Source: Lytechinus pictus (lineage: Eukaryota). From it: a stretch of DNA of 60,000 nt. Position 1 is the stretch's first letter. Every line of letters begins with the position of its first letter. Below the pieces are notes generated by a model. That model was not told where the DNA came from, did not search any database, and saw nothing but the letters and a program-made list of their open reading frames with translations. The stretch spans positions 39,806,001-39,866,000 of the forward strand of contig NC_087251.1 in assembly GCF_037042905.1 (NCBI RefSeq). Reading direction: 5' to 3'. A program made the translations under genes and the position numbers. Below are positions 24,493 through 37,032 of this stretch, one piece after another.

Positions 24493-25070
24493 TCAAGCAG
24501 CACTTGACAATACATTGAAAAAGTGATAGATCTCCTGTTTGTCCAGGACGGCCACTTCTGTGTTGCAGATCGCACACTTGACAGGGTGGAAGAGTTCATC
24601 CCCAGTGGATGCACCTCCATCCTCCTCGTCCACTTCTCCCCCCTCATGCCGCCTCTTCTTCCTCCACTTCTTCTTATTCTTGGATTCAGGATACCTCAGT
24701 TGTTCGCTCCGGACAATGCAGCAGTTCATGACGAACATGGCCCTGTACTGGTTGGTGTAGAGTTCGTGCCTTTGACAGTCGATGCAGAGTGTTGTCATAC
24801 AAGCAGGACAGTTCAAGATGGCATCTGTCTTGGGGATGGACTCTTGACTCTTTGCACCTTCGGCCTGATCGGGTTTGGGAGCCCGGATTGACTGGGCAGA
24901 AGCGCCAGTCCCTGAGGGACTTTCTGAAGAGGCCAGGTCATGTGATCGCTTTGGTGCCCTCTTAGGGTAGTACTGTGCTCTTTGTTTGTTCATCCAGGTT
25001 TGGTTGTCATCATCAATGTTGGGGTCATAAAGGAGATCATCATTGGTTGGAATGCGGTGTTGCTTTTTGG
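24493..25070 (-). CDS. EAPP: EAPP terminal coding exon (C-terminal Cys-rich domain)
   Basis: cctag acceptor then (A)KKQHRIPTNDDLLYDP...YHFFNVLSSAA-stop. Confidence 0.95.
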
Positions 25071-28000
25071 CTAGGAAATGGTAAAGATATTCAAAGAAAA
25101 GTGGAAGAAGGCAAGTGGTTAAGTCAAATGGTTGAAAGCTGTTTCAGGGAGAATTACTTCAAAATGAAATTTTCTTTAGTAGGGATATAATAGCTGGTAT
25201 TCATCAGGCTGCAAGAAATCACAATGAATTTTTTGGTTCATTATCTTTTTCACTGATTTTCAATAAAGAAGATGAATCCTAGCACTCCATAGGAAATGTG
25301 AACTGAAATATTTTATTAGTCTAAGAGTTAACCCTTGGGTGTCATTACGAGTTCAATTTTATTTCTACATGCATCCTATTTCATACTCATACTCTGCCAA
25401 CCGTCATTTGGCAAGACATCAATCTGTATTTGCCCCTCTCTATCCAGGGTTGTTATGTGGTAAAAATATGCACAATATAAATCATTTTCAACATATCCTA
25501 TTAGATTTACTATAAAATATGGTCTGATTGCTGTCTGAAAGTGTCTAAACTTAATTTTCTATATTGTAACCATTTCATGGGTAAATTGCCAATTAGTATA
25601 CACTTGCTTTGTCTTTACTTTTCATTTGGTCTCATCCCACATGGTCTAATCCTTGTTAATCTACAAACAAATTATCTACTAACCATTTGGTCTTATTACC
25701 ATCAAGCCAATTTACAATTTTGCCTAATTTAATACATTTAGGCTACATATATCAATTTTGTTTAATATCAACTTGGCCAAACACCAATTAGTCTATAATT
25801 AGATGAACTGTATATGAATCAAATTTCCATTAGACAAAATGCAAAATAATTGGTAGCCAACGTTGAAAAATAGACCAGACCATCTGGATATTAGAATAAA
25901 TGGGAATTAGACAAAGTGGGTATGAGACCAAGTATATTGTAGACCAAACAGCAATTAGACCAAATGGCCTGTATTCTAAACTCGGGTTTAAATTAAATCC
26001 TGGTTTAAAGTTGTGGTTTAACTACGGAGAGCCAATTGGAGCACAAATCCCTAACAATACACATTCTATATATCAACTCATATGATACCCAAATTGTTCA
26101 TAGTTGTCTGGGAATGATAGCTGAAGTATTTTTCTTCATTATCAAAGCAAAAGGAAACAAAATAGTAAACATAAGAAATATACAATATAAACAGAATTTT
26201 TGAACTTTTGGCTTCCCATAATTTTAGCACAGAGTTAGACCGTGGTCCAAGTTAAACCGGACTTCAGAATACGGGCCAATTGGTTAATTCGACCACCATA
26301 ACACCTGCAAGCTGTGATTGTAAGGATAGGCATACCTTGCTCCTTGTCTTCATCCCCACCACCTGCTTTCGCACCCTCTGCAGAGTTTTCCTTTTTCTCT
26401 TCTTCCTCTTCATCAGAGTCAAAGTAGACTTCATCATAGCACTGCTGTTGAGTAGGTCCTCCAGGGTGTCCACTTGATGGTGCTGCTGACTGCCTCTGTT
26501 GTGCAATGGATCTGGCTGCTGCAGAAAGCTTTTTCTCCACTGCCAGAAATGATAAGAGTATTATAAGGAAGACACAGATGATGGTTATCCCACATAACCC
26601 TTGGAACTACTGCACATGTCATCATAAAACAATGATGAAGGAGCTAAAAATAACACAATGTTGATACATCCATGGGCAGCATAACTAACCTCAACTAAAA
26701 ATTGGGGACACATTTTCAAAGATATATTTAGCCCATACTTCTACCCAACCAAAAAATTACTTTTTTTCTTTCCAGGGCTCTTTTTGGAGAAACTTAAAAA
26801 TTTTCCAGGGCTACTTTTTCATTTTCCAGGGCTCTTTTTCCACTTTCCAGGGCTACAATTTCTGGAGCTATTTCGCGGCTTTTTTGCGTTTGTGTGTGTG
26901 TGTATGTGTGTGTGTGTATATATATACACGGTAGCTAGCATATACCAGGGAAGTATAACACTTCCCTGGTTTGACCTTCGCATTGTTTCTTCGAAGTGAT
27001 TGTTTATGATTTTAGTGTTGTGATGATAGATTGATTTTGATGCTTGAACGATATCTGAGTTGATTCATGGACCTAATACAGACCTATTCAGATTAGATCA
27101 TGGAGGTAGAACCTCCATGAATTAATCCAAGTTTGAATGTTTGATACTTGGTTGACGTGAGCTTTGCGTGTTTACTATTTAGTGTTATAGCCCATTTGCT
27201 AAATTAATCTAGAAAGATCTGTATTCGTGTCTAAAGACAATGTAAAAGAAAAAGAAAGTTCTGAATTTGTACAATTCTGAGGTAATTTATTTTATCATAC
27301 AATATAGGTACCTGCAAATGTTATGAAGTTGAACAAATATCCTTCGTACATATTTGACTGAAAGTTATTTAAATGACACTTTAAAAAAAAGACTTAAAAT
27401 TATTCATACAAAATAATGATACAAGTCATAAAGGTCATTGAATTGTTAAGCGTTCGTATCAGTTACACAGATTCATGACAAAAAGGCCTACCAGAACCAA
27501 AACTGGCAATTTCCATCATCCATCATGAATGCCTAGCCTTGCACGGCCTCTAATTGAAATGAACTTATCCACGTCTTTGCAAATTTTACCTGACCTAATT
27601 TCTCCACACAGTGAGAGAGGCCATGTGGCAGCCAAACCAAAACAGAATGAAAAGGGCGGCAATCTCGTACCCCCCCCCCCCACCACCACAAGAATATCAG
27701 ATTTCCAAACATGTGCTTCTCAAGATTGTGCAATACATGACGGAGACAAAGAAAGTTATGTAAACAAATTGCCGAGGGTTGATGTCCCTGAATTAAGGGG
27801 CTAGTCTACGTTTTCAGTCACTTAAGAAAATGGCGAACTGGCCAAAGGTGAAATACATCATTGAAAAAAAAATGAATGTTTGGATTAAAATAACGAAGAT
27901 TAAATGAAATATGACTGAAAAATATCCATAGTTGAATCTCTACTTTTATTACTGACAGAACAATAACATCATTTTTTTTATTAACTTCTTGCCAATATTC

Positions 28001-31000
28001 CAATAAGGCAAGACTCCCATTTAAGACTAGCAAGCAAACGTTATCAATGGGATTTTTGAATGAAAGAAAAAAAAATCAAAGCGTGATTTTTTTTAAAGGG
28101 ATAGACGAGACTCTTGTTTTGAACAGAGATATAAAAATATTTAAAAACAAACAAGAGGTGATAAACACTTCATTAAAATTATAATGAAGTTCGTAGTGAA
28201 TTACAACTTGTAAAAGAAGAAATTAACAAGAATAATAGGGAAATAAAGTTTGGAAGAAAAGAAGGAATGAGGAGAGACAAGCTTTGGGGGGAAGGATCAA
28301 GATGGGTGGCTGCAGCTCGACATGGGGCTAGAGAGTGTACATAAATGGGAGGGGGGGGGAGCAATCATCTATCAAGTCGCCCAAAATCTTACACCTTCAA
28401 ACTTCTCACACAATCCACACACAAATCCCAGTTCATGATACAATCACAAGTGTCGCTCAACACATGCGCACGTGGTCTCTACTGGCATTTTACAGTCACA
28501 CACACAGAAATACACACTACACACAATGCACACGATGCATCCCCATACCACATGCAGTCACACTGAGCCTAAAGCACACAAGCAGAGAAACGTTCTGCTC
28601 GAAGTGTATGACTCCTCGGCTCCAAATTCTACATTTATTTTATCTCAGTGCTTGGAGTCGGCGCTGGGGCCGATTTTCGTCCATGAATGAGAGAGCATGG
28701 CAAAGACTCGAGTCCCTTTATCTCAGAACCGCCGCCGCTTGGTACTCGAGTCTCCAGAGATCAGGGTCGACTCCCCGACTCTGGCATTGAGAATCGGGTA
28801 GACTCGATTACCCGGCGCTGGTTCCCAAGCCTAGTTGACGGGGGCGATTATGAGTTTTGCAGTCGCCCTCGTGTGAATGTTTTTAGCCCTTTTCCGGGGC
28901 TCTTTTTGGACTTTCCGGGGCGAATTCGCCCGCCGCCCCCGTGTAATTTTTTGGTTGCTTCTACCCCCCCAAAAAAAAGGGCTGAATACGTATGATTAAC
29001 GCAGTTTCAAACTAAATATTTCATAATTAGACACCAACTTACTGCTATTCATTCAAGCCCTGTCTTCTACTATTGTGATTATTCATAAGTGTCTTTCGCA
29101 TTATGAATAATTAATGAGCCATTTTTTAGAACTTAAATCAAACTCCTTAAGGTCACAAAGTTGCAAGTCACACTGATCAATTATCAGCCTGACAGGGCCC
29201 ATCTCAAAATATTAATAACCATATTCAATCCAAGTTTTTACTTCTTAGTTTCCTTAGCATTGGAGCTAAGCAGAATGGTGGTAATTTGGACACAGATTGT
29301 CTGCTGGTAGAAAATTTTAGTTCTTCATCCCCTGTTTCTTTTGAGGTACATATTCACCCAAAAATAAAAATAAAATAAAAATTGCTCCAAATGTACTTGA
29401 AACCATGCGAAAAGGGAGAATTTTTCGACTTGGGGAATGATCATGCTTTACACCTTCCAATAGGTAGTGCCACCACCGGGATTTTCTCTTTCCCTTATAC
29501 ATTAACTCACCATTAACCCTGAATTGATTCTCATGGTTTTTCATGGTTGCATCCAGCTCCATCTCCATCTCTTTCTCAAAATCATCTTCACTGGAGGACA
29601 TCTGAAGGCTGCCTCGGCTCAAGCTCCTCGTCAAACGACGTTTCTGTTCTGGAGTCCCATTCAGGATGATATCTAACTCATCTTCAGAGCTACATTCAGA
29701 AAGAAAAAAAAACAGTGAAAGAAGAAATAAATAGCTTAGTCTTAAAAGCAATAAAAATTAGTAGACAAGAATTAATTTCAAACATGCATGACAATTTTCA
29801 TCTTAATCATCAGATTATTAATTATGTAAATCAATATTGCTTTCCTTTTCTTTTTATGAGGATCTAGTCCCAGTCTTATATAACATGGAAATGTAACCTA
29901 ACTTTTCATAATTTTAGAGTTTGAACATCAAATTTATGTTCTCACAAGTGTTGCGCAGGCTGGATTCCGACTTCTTTCATATTATGTAGATCTAACTTAA
30001 TAAATTTAAAATTGGAATCACAAATTGACAGGTTACCTATTCAAGATGATGGGGTAAGGAATCAATGTACAGGGTGTAAGTGCAAACTTTTATTCAAAAT
30101 AATGAAGTGAAAAATCAGTACTACAACCGACAGTTATCATAGACGAGGTGAAGTTCAAGTTCAACCACAGGCCACACTGTCAGTGTCACTGACAATGTTT
30201 TAGTTTTTGCTTTGAGTTTGACTTTGTGAGAAATTGAGACTGATCATAACCGATGGATTATCCTCAAACCTTAGTTTTAGTGGAGAAAATGTCCGATTAA
30301 AAAAATTCTGTTATTTATACAATTAACTTTTTGTGTTGGTGAACTTCCCCTTCAATTCAAAGTTCACCCCCGCTATTCTTCGTTGGTTACGCGTAGCCAG
30401 GAGGCTCCTAGAGAGTAAAAATCCTTTACCAACCTATGCTTACTCTCCACGGAGCCAGGAATTGCGTCCCATTCATGTGCATGTACCGCAAAAAAAATGA
30501 AACTTTCGCCCCCGAGATTCTACTTTCCTTCCAAAAGATCTAGCCCTAAATCAAATGGGATACAACTTCATTTCCGACATTTCTACGCTATTGATTTCAT
30601 TCTCATACAAGAATTCATTAAAAAATATGAAAAGACAGGGAAAACTTGCCACCATGTTTACGTCGCCATCTTGATTTCTTTGTCTTTCGCCATATGCGTG
30701 CTGTAGGCATGTAGCCTTGGCCTTGCATGGCGAAAGACAAAGAAATCAAGATGGCAACGTAAACATGGTGGCAACTGGCAAGTTTTCCCCATCTTTTCAC
30801 AATATTTTTTCTTGTTTTTTTAATGAATTCTTGTTTAAAAATGAAATCAATATCGTAGAAATGTCGGAAATTAAGTTGTATCCCATACATGATTTAGCTG
30901 GGCTAGAGCTTTTTTAGAAGGAAAGTAGAAATCTCGGGGATGAAAGTTTCAGTTTTTTTTCGCGGTACACGCGCATGAATGGGGACGCAATCAAATCCCT

Positions 31001-31542
31001 GGCTCCGTGGAGAGTAAAGCATATACCCAGTTGTTGTGTGTCCGGACAGGTTGTGTGTCCGGACGATCAATTTTAGAAAGTCATTTGGAATTGGAAAAAT
31101 TTACAAGCGAAGTTTCATAAATTATATGTTAGGAAATATTATAAAGAACAAAATAGAAGATGATTACAAGTATTGAATTTATATTTTTAGTGTAATCCAA
31201 ATACAAAAAAGAAGGCTTCAAAAATATAAAGTGTCCGGACACCCGACCCCCCATCCTACCACGTTAGTAAATGATTTTTACTCTCTAGGACTAGGAGCCT
31301 CGATCCTGGCTAGTTAGCGGCCGCGACCGCGCACTGATGCAGCCGGGCCGCCGGGCGATCGCGACAGACAACGGCGCTCGAGCCGAGAGGAGGTTGCACA
31401 GGATCCGCCACCCAGCCCGGCCAGATTACCTTTCATTTTCCTCATCGACATCGTTGACGCTACGATTTCCACTCCCAGTTCCACCCCTTCCAAAAATATT
31501 GAAGGGAACATTGCACACTCTCTGATCGTGATCTTCATCCAT
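24493..31542 (-). CDS. EAPP: E2F-associated phosphoprotein, complete 4-exon CDS (357 aa)
   Basis: complement(join(31542-31430,29689-29511,26539-26336,25070-24493)) = 1074 nt in frame. Motifs SSEDELDIILNGTPEQKRRL, YDEVYFDSDEE, IPTNDDLLYDP, TDAILNCPACMTTLCIDCQRHELYTNQYRAMFVMNC, HPVKCAICNTEVAVLDKQEIYHFFNVL. Confidence 0.93.
25966..26277. mobile_element. PIF/Harbinger-like MITE
   Basis: GGCC...GGCC TIRs with a 3-bp TSD AAT. Confidence 0.82.
26336..26539 (-). CDS. EAPP: EAPP coding exon 3
   Basis: (V)EKKLSAAARS...CYDEVYFDSDEEEEE...DKEQ; ggcag/gtatg on minus strand. Confidence 0.9.
26746..28957. mobile_element. 2.2-kb non-autonomous TIR transposon (P- or hAT-like) in EAPP intron 2
   Basis: Perfect 15-bp TIR CAACCAAAAAATTAC; perfect 8-bp TSD CTTCTACC (26738-26745, 28958-28965); subterminal TTTCCRGGGC repeats at both ends; no transposase ORF. 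Confidence 0.9.
29511..29689 (-). CDS. EAPP: EAPP coding exon 2
   Basis: (S)SEDELDIILNGTPEQKRRL...SSSEDDFEKEMEMELD...FRVN; gtag/gtgagt. Confidence 0.92.
30435..31023. mobile_element. Fold-back element with ~260-300-bp inverted arms
   Basis: tatgcttactctccacggagccagg...ctttcgccat mirrored by atggcgaaag...cctggctccgtggagagtaaagcata; loop ~30 nt; TA at both ends. Confidence 0.9.
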
Positions 31543-32000
31543 GGTCAAGCTAAACTAATCTGGAAGTTCTTGTGATAAAAATCTCACTCTTTTTCGGCAA
31601 TATATGGGACTGAAGCCTTCTATCTTGTTCGACGGTGCGGTGGATGCGACACCGGAAGTCTCCGTCATTTGCCTTACCTCCGGCTCCGAAGGCCGAAGTT
31701 TGTGGGGAAATTTTTCGACAGCAAATTTCAGGTAATTACAATTGTTATTATTAAAAAAACTGATTGTTTCTAAAGACAATTTTATGTGGTTCATTTCGGT
31801 ATGATTGATTTGCAATAATTTTTAATTTCAACATGCTTTTTTACTAATTCTTAATTATAGTTCCAAAATGAATTTCGATCCGTAAACATGACAGTGAAAA
31901 TACAGTATGGGACTGGCAACCGTAGCCGGCATTGCGGCGCGCGCTGGCTCAGTAGCCCGATATACCCCGGTCCGGTGGTTGATATACCCCGGTGGTTGTG
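31300..32000 (-). promoter_or_regulatory. Probable EAPP promoter / 5' region (CpG-rich, ETS-type CCGGAAGT site)
   Basis: Local CpG enrichment around the first exon; CCGGAAGT at 31652-31659; possible 5'UTR intron 31677-31560 (gtaagg...ttccag on minus strand). Confidence 0.45.
31430..31542 (-). CDS. EAPP: EAPP first coding exon
   Basis: accATGG context; MDEDHDQRVCNVPFNIFGRGGTGSGNRSVNDVDEENE(S); AG|gtaatc donor with phase matching exon 2; CpG-rich flank. Confidence 0.75.
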
Positions 32001-32323
32001 TGTCAGGACTCAGTCTTAGGACACATGACTTTTACTTTTAGTTATGAAAAGTTTACAAGCAATTTATTTGATTTTATTAGCACAGAATGTAAGAAAATGT
32101 TAATAAAGAACAAATAATGATGGTGATCATGGTGATAAGCACTATTCAACCTATATTTTTGGCTTAGATTAGAGTGAAACTTAGACTTATTGTCTCATAA
32201 ATAAGAGTCATATTGAGAAGTGAGATAAACATAATTAGTGTGAGTGAGCCAGGCCCAGGACTGTCTCAAGTCAAAGTCTCAAGCCTCAAGCAATTCTTCT
32301 GTGTTCGGACACCAACCCCCAAT

Positions 32324-34260
32324 GGGTGTTTCCACAGATCCAAAACAAATTTCCTGAAAATGAATCCTTAATTTCCCGAAATTAATAGACATTTCCTGGA
32401 ATTTTCAATTTTGATTTTTAACGAAAATCAGGGAATATGATGGGGTGTCCAAACTTCGGGCACTTTTCAAAAATATTCATCAGGCTTAAATATTTTCACA
32501 AAATATTCCTAATTTATACAAAACCAATTCAAGAAATAGTAACCACATTGACGGCAAGATCGTAAACTATAAAATCATGGACGAAAATGTAAAGTAGGTC
32601 AAGGGGATTTGCCGGTATCGCGATCTCAAAATTCTATTCCGATCGGCGAATGCGCGCTGTGCTGGAAAACCGTTCAGAAAAAGTGTGACCTAACTTCGCG
32701 GACCAAAGTTTTTGTGGACATTTAAACAAAAACTCAAGCTCAAAAAGTGAAATATTTATATCAGATCGATGGCAAAATGCTATAGAATCGGTTAGTACCA
32801 CATTTAACTCACATTTTTGATGATTTCTGCTTGCAAAATGGTGATATCGTGATGCTTGTTGAAAATATCAGATTTCTTCAAAACAAGTGCTAACGGTGAC
32901 AAATTTGCCGATCTTTTGCCAATATTTTCATGAATACTGAACTCATCCTAAAGAAACTTACACCAAAGGGTAATTTTAGGTCGCTTTTCACGTTGATTAC
33001 GTCAGATTTAAAGGATATTGGCTAGTTTTTTAGATAATGACCGTCCGCGAAGTATGGACACGCGCGAAGTTTGGACACACTGCCATACAATGAGCCTAAA
33101 TTTGGTCCAAGAAGAAGTGACCATAATCAAGAAATTTAACATTTTTTTGTTCATGCCATCTTTAAAAATAGGAACAAAATTATGAAATGGGAGCGCAGAG
33201 CGCGAGCAGAAAATTTTGAGCTACGACGACGGAGCCTACGTCTGGAGCCGGAGGTAGATCTTATGTTGGATCTAAATCTTACTACTTCACTGACTGTCAC
33301 TGTTCTTAGGATACTTAGGGAATATATAGTGGGACCACCACATATCGACCACCTTGCACGCATTAAAATTATTGCATATATTACAAACGATACGCGCGGG
33401 AGATAGGCGCAGTGCCCATTGGAACGGTAAGAATCAATTTTACGAGAGAAAAAGAAGGGGTAAAAGGTAAAAATTTAGTAGAATTTATAAAAATTGTTTT
33501 TACTAGACCCGAACCCTGCCAAAAAAACAGTTGTTCATACCAAGAAATCCGATAGGAAACGGCTTTAGAAGAAATATCTGTCTCCAATTGTCGAATCATG
33601 TGCCGGAGCTCGCAGTGGAAGTAGTGAGATGATCATTTAGCATGTTGTCATCATAGAACTGATTTGGAAGAGTCAAAATATTTCGCCACCACAACAAGAA
33701 TCGGCTGAAATGTGGGAATCTGATCTGCTCAATTTTCTGCACAAATGAGACGAAAACTAGGTTAAAACTGATAAGTATTTTCGCAGATACGATTCTTAGA
33801 AAATTAGGTGGTCGATAAGGGGTAGTTCCAACCATACTGAACGAAGTCATTATGACTCTGTATTCAGTTCCAAATTCTTTCTCCTCTTTAGGATGGCCGG
33901 ATCATCTTTAAATACTACAATGAATATTTAAAAGTTGTTACGGTTAATTGTCGTTTAATTGTAATCAGGGGCGGATCCAGGATTTTCCAAAAGGGGAGGC
34001 ATGCACATTATGATTTATCCAAGGAAAAATTGGACCAGCAAAAAAAAAATGTCTTCTTTTTCAAAGGGGGGGGGGGCACACTTCTGTTTTAACAGTATTT
34101 TTACATGACAAATTTCAATTTTGCTTCTCAAAAAGGGGGGGGGGGATCTGCCAGTGATTGTAATTTTTGGATTTCCCTGAAGTTCCTGGAATATTTTCAT
34201 TTCCAAAACCTTTCCTGGAAAGTCGAAATTTCCTTAATTTCGGGAAGAGTGGAAACACCC
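32324..34260. mobile_element. MITE split by ~1.7 kb of nested insertions
   Basis: TIR GGGTGTTTCCAC / GTGGAAACACCC with ATTTCC subterminal repeats at both ends; a nested element ~32436-33088 has GTGTCCAAACTTCG inverted ends. Confidence 0.6.
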
Positions 34261-35199
34261 CATCCACTTGCACTCTTCAACCACCCTGTCTGTGGTGAGC
34301 CTATGCAACATACAATGCACATTCAAAAACTTTTGTGATTATAAAAAAATCTCAGATCCATTCAGTTATGATTTGTTTTCATTCTAGACTTAGAAATAAT
34401 TTTTTTCACCAGAGCGCTCAAAACCTTTCATTTGAGCATATTTTTGTGAGACCCTCTATTGGTGGTATTAGAGATTGATGCAGATCTTCATCTTCACAGA
34501 CTCGCTTTTTAATTAGAAAAAAAAATATCATTTAGTTTTGGGCCAAGGCATATTTTTTTATGATGAATTTACTGTAGTAAAAACTGACTGCCAAAATATC
34601 AAGTATTTATCCAGTCTAGATCAAGAGAAAATAACCCAAACGTTTAAAATCTTTTTCTTTTAATTTCACCACGCAGGGGTTACTAATTGAGGACAAGGTT
34701 ACATATCATGGCCTTGTATTATTGGATAAGTGCCCCCATCCTACCACTGGTTGTTGCATGTCCGGACGGGTTGGGTTTTATGGACCGACGATTTCTTCCA
34801 CTAGGTCTAGTCATTTGAAATGGTTTGAAATTAAAATCAATTTTTTGTAGTTTTCAAAGAAACTTTTAGAATTTAAAGGCCTAACGTAGCATACATGTAT
34901 GCGTAGACCTCTACTCTGTTGATATTCCCGACCTTTCGTTTGAGGACGCGCACGCTTATTTACGACGGTAGTTGATTTTGGAAGAGACTTTTTGGGCCCG
35001 TCATCATGGTCGTAAAACTCTGTCCTGCAATGCAAATTGTGTGACATGAGATTATTTTTTTCGTTTCGCATCTGCGACGGAAACATTCAATATGCGTTTC
35101 GTGTGCAAAATTCTGGTTGCTACTATGGTAACAGCGATATATCCGATTGAGGACGACTTTCCAAAGCAACATTTGACTCCTCCTAGAGCTCGAGAGGCC

Positions 35200-35498
35200 G
35201 CCCGGGGGGCCCACTTCCATTGATTAGTGGATACCAGGAGCGAACACGCGTTAAAGGGGACAGAGTGGGCAGGTACGTTACTTATAGGCCTATGTAACGT
35301 AATAAGGGTGTCAAAACGATGTTTAAAATGCTGAAAAAAAGGGATATATATATACTTGTAGGGTTTCACAAGCCAAATACTTGTTAAGAGATGCATTTTC
35401 ATAATCTGGAAAAGAATTGCTTCCCTTGTTTAGGGTACTTTTCGAAACCTCATGGTCGTGCCTGGTATCCACTCATCAATGGAAGTGGTCCCCCCGGA
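35200..35498. mobile_element. MITE with ~38-bp TIRs (CCC...GGG-type ends)
   Basis: ccggggggcccacttccattgattagtggataccagg / cctggtatccactcatcaatggaagtggtccccccgg. Confidence 0.8.
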
Positions 35499-36927
35499 AT
35501 TTGAATCTAATCCCCCATTTCTGGGGAAAGAAAAACATAATGCCCATTACATCGTGTGCGAGAGGCATATCGTTTGTGTAGAAGGAGTAAACAAAAGAAA
35601 CAAAAGAAACAAAGAAACAAAAGAAACGAGTTCAAACGTATTGCATATGCTGTGCGCATATCAACGCGCGCGGAATTTTCGGCTGGAGAGGTTGATCTGA
35701 CCCATGAAATCAATTGCCAGTGATCCACCAATAATCCACATCAAATGTAATATCGATTCGATGGACTGTAATGATCTATATCTAAGCCTTCATTCAGTAA
35801 GTTTTTCCTCACTCAATATGTACTCAATTTGTTTGAAAAACCACTTTCTTATCCATGTCATAATCTATTTTAGGTCCTGCATTTCGAATATCTCCAGCCA
35901 TCAGTCGTAATATACATGCATGTATGGTGGGTGTCGCGGAAAAGGATTTTGCACACGAAAAGCAAATCTGTAGGGCCTGTAACCCCCCTGTAACACAAAG
36001 CTTAGCATTGATCGTAGAGCAGTTTTCTACGTTTGATTCTATTGACTATAATGCACAATCAATCTTAAAAATCAAGTGTATGATTAAGCGTTAACTTTTG
36101 TGTTAGGGGTCCCTAATATTAGCGTCCGTGAGGACTGCGAAAGGTCCCAATTGATGGTGTGATAACTGATTTCAAAAGCCAATGGCAATACATGCTTAGT
36201 TGACTTGATAATCATTGATGCACCAAAGTTATCTAAGTTAGATCATGATTTTTCTCAATTTCAATAGGGTCTACAAACTTATTACTTGATCTAGTTAGGC
36301 ATATGCTTATAAGTTTAAGTTAAACTTCATAATTTCTTTATTAGCATTTTACCAATGTCATTCCATTTCTTAAGCATGTTGAGGAGTTCTAAGTTATGCA
36401 CAATTATGTCTAAACTAGGGTCAGGGAGTAGGACTCCCTCTTATGTTAAAATGATTTTATATTTTGATAGAGCCTGTAGCAATCTTCTGTGATGTTGAAA
36501 ATTGACAAAATGCAAAAAAAATATATTATTCACAATTATATATAATTCGATATATCACAAATATATATCGAAAATAAATGATTCTGTACTTGAAGGCCTT
36601 CCAATGTAGAATTGATTTGAAAACATTTTTTTAGATGGGGATATAATATATGTGACATCTCAGGATCGAACGGGCTGCACTTTTTTGGAGTTTGGTAATT
36701 CGATCCACATGAATCTGAAAGTGTAGTGGAGCCTAGATACGAACCATCGCCTGAGGTAGATACTGTACATACCAAAATATGGCTTTATTCCGTCAAAATC
36801 TCAAGCGTGTGTAATTCTCAATGGCATCGGTTCATTCCGTCAGAAAAATAAATACCCAATACTCTTGGAGAGTAGACTAGTCGTAATATCGGTTGATAAC
36901 CGCTATGAAATCCATGGCTTTGAAAAA

Positions 36928-37032
36928 TTCCTGCTAGCTTAGTGAGTAAGGCGACAGACTGGAGATGCCTCGTTCTGCAGCGAGAGGTTCGAATCCAAGT
37001 TCCAACCGGAAGTACAAAAAAAAAGAAAAAAA
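36928..37032 (+). pseudogene. tRNA-like relic followed by an A-rich tract
   Basis: A-box-like TAGCTTAGTGAGTAAGGCG (36935); perfect B box GGTTCGAATCC (36986-36996); cloverleaf stems poorly paired; A-run ~37014-37033. Confidence 0.4.

Noticed and set aside
24523..24891. Plus-strand ORFs of 122 and 73 aa
   Set aside because: Antisense shadows of the EAPP terminal exon.
28335..28995. ORFs of 151 and 102 aa inside the 2.2-kb transposon
   Set aside because: Derived from CA-rich low-complexity and repeat sequence; no transposase or other motif recognised.
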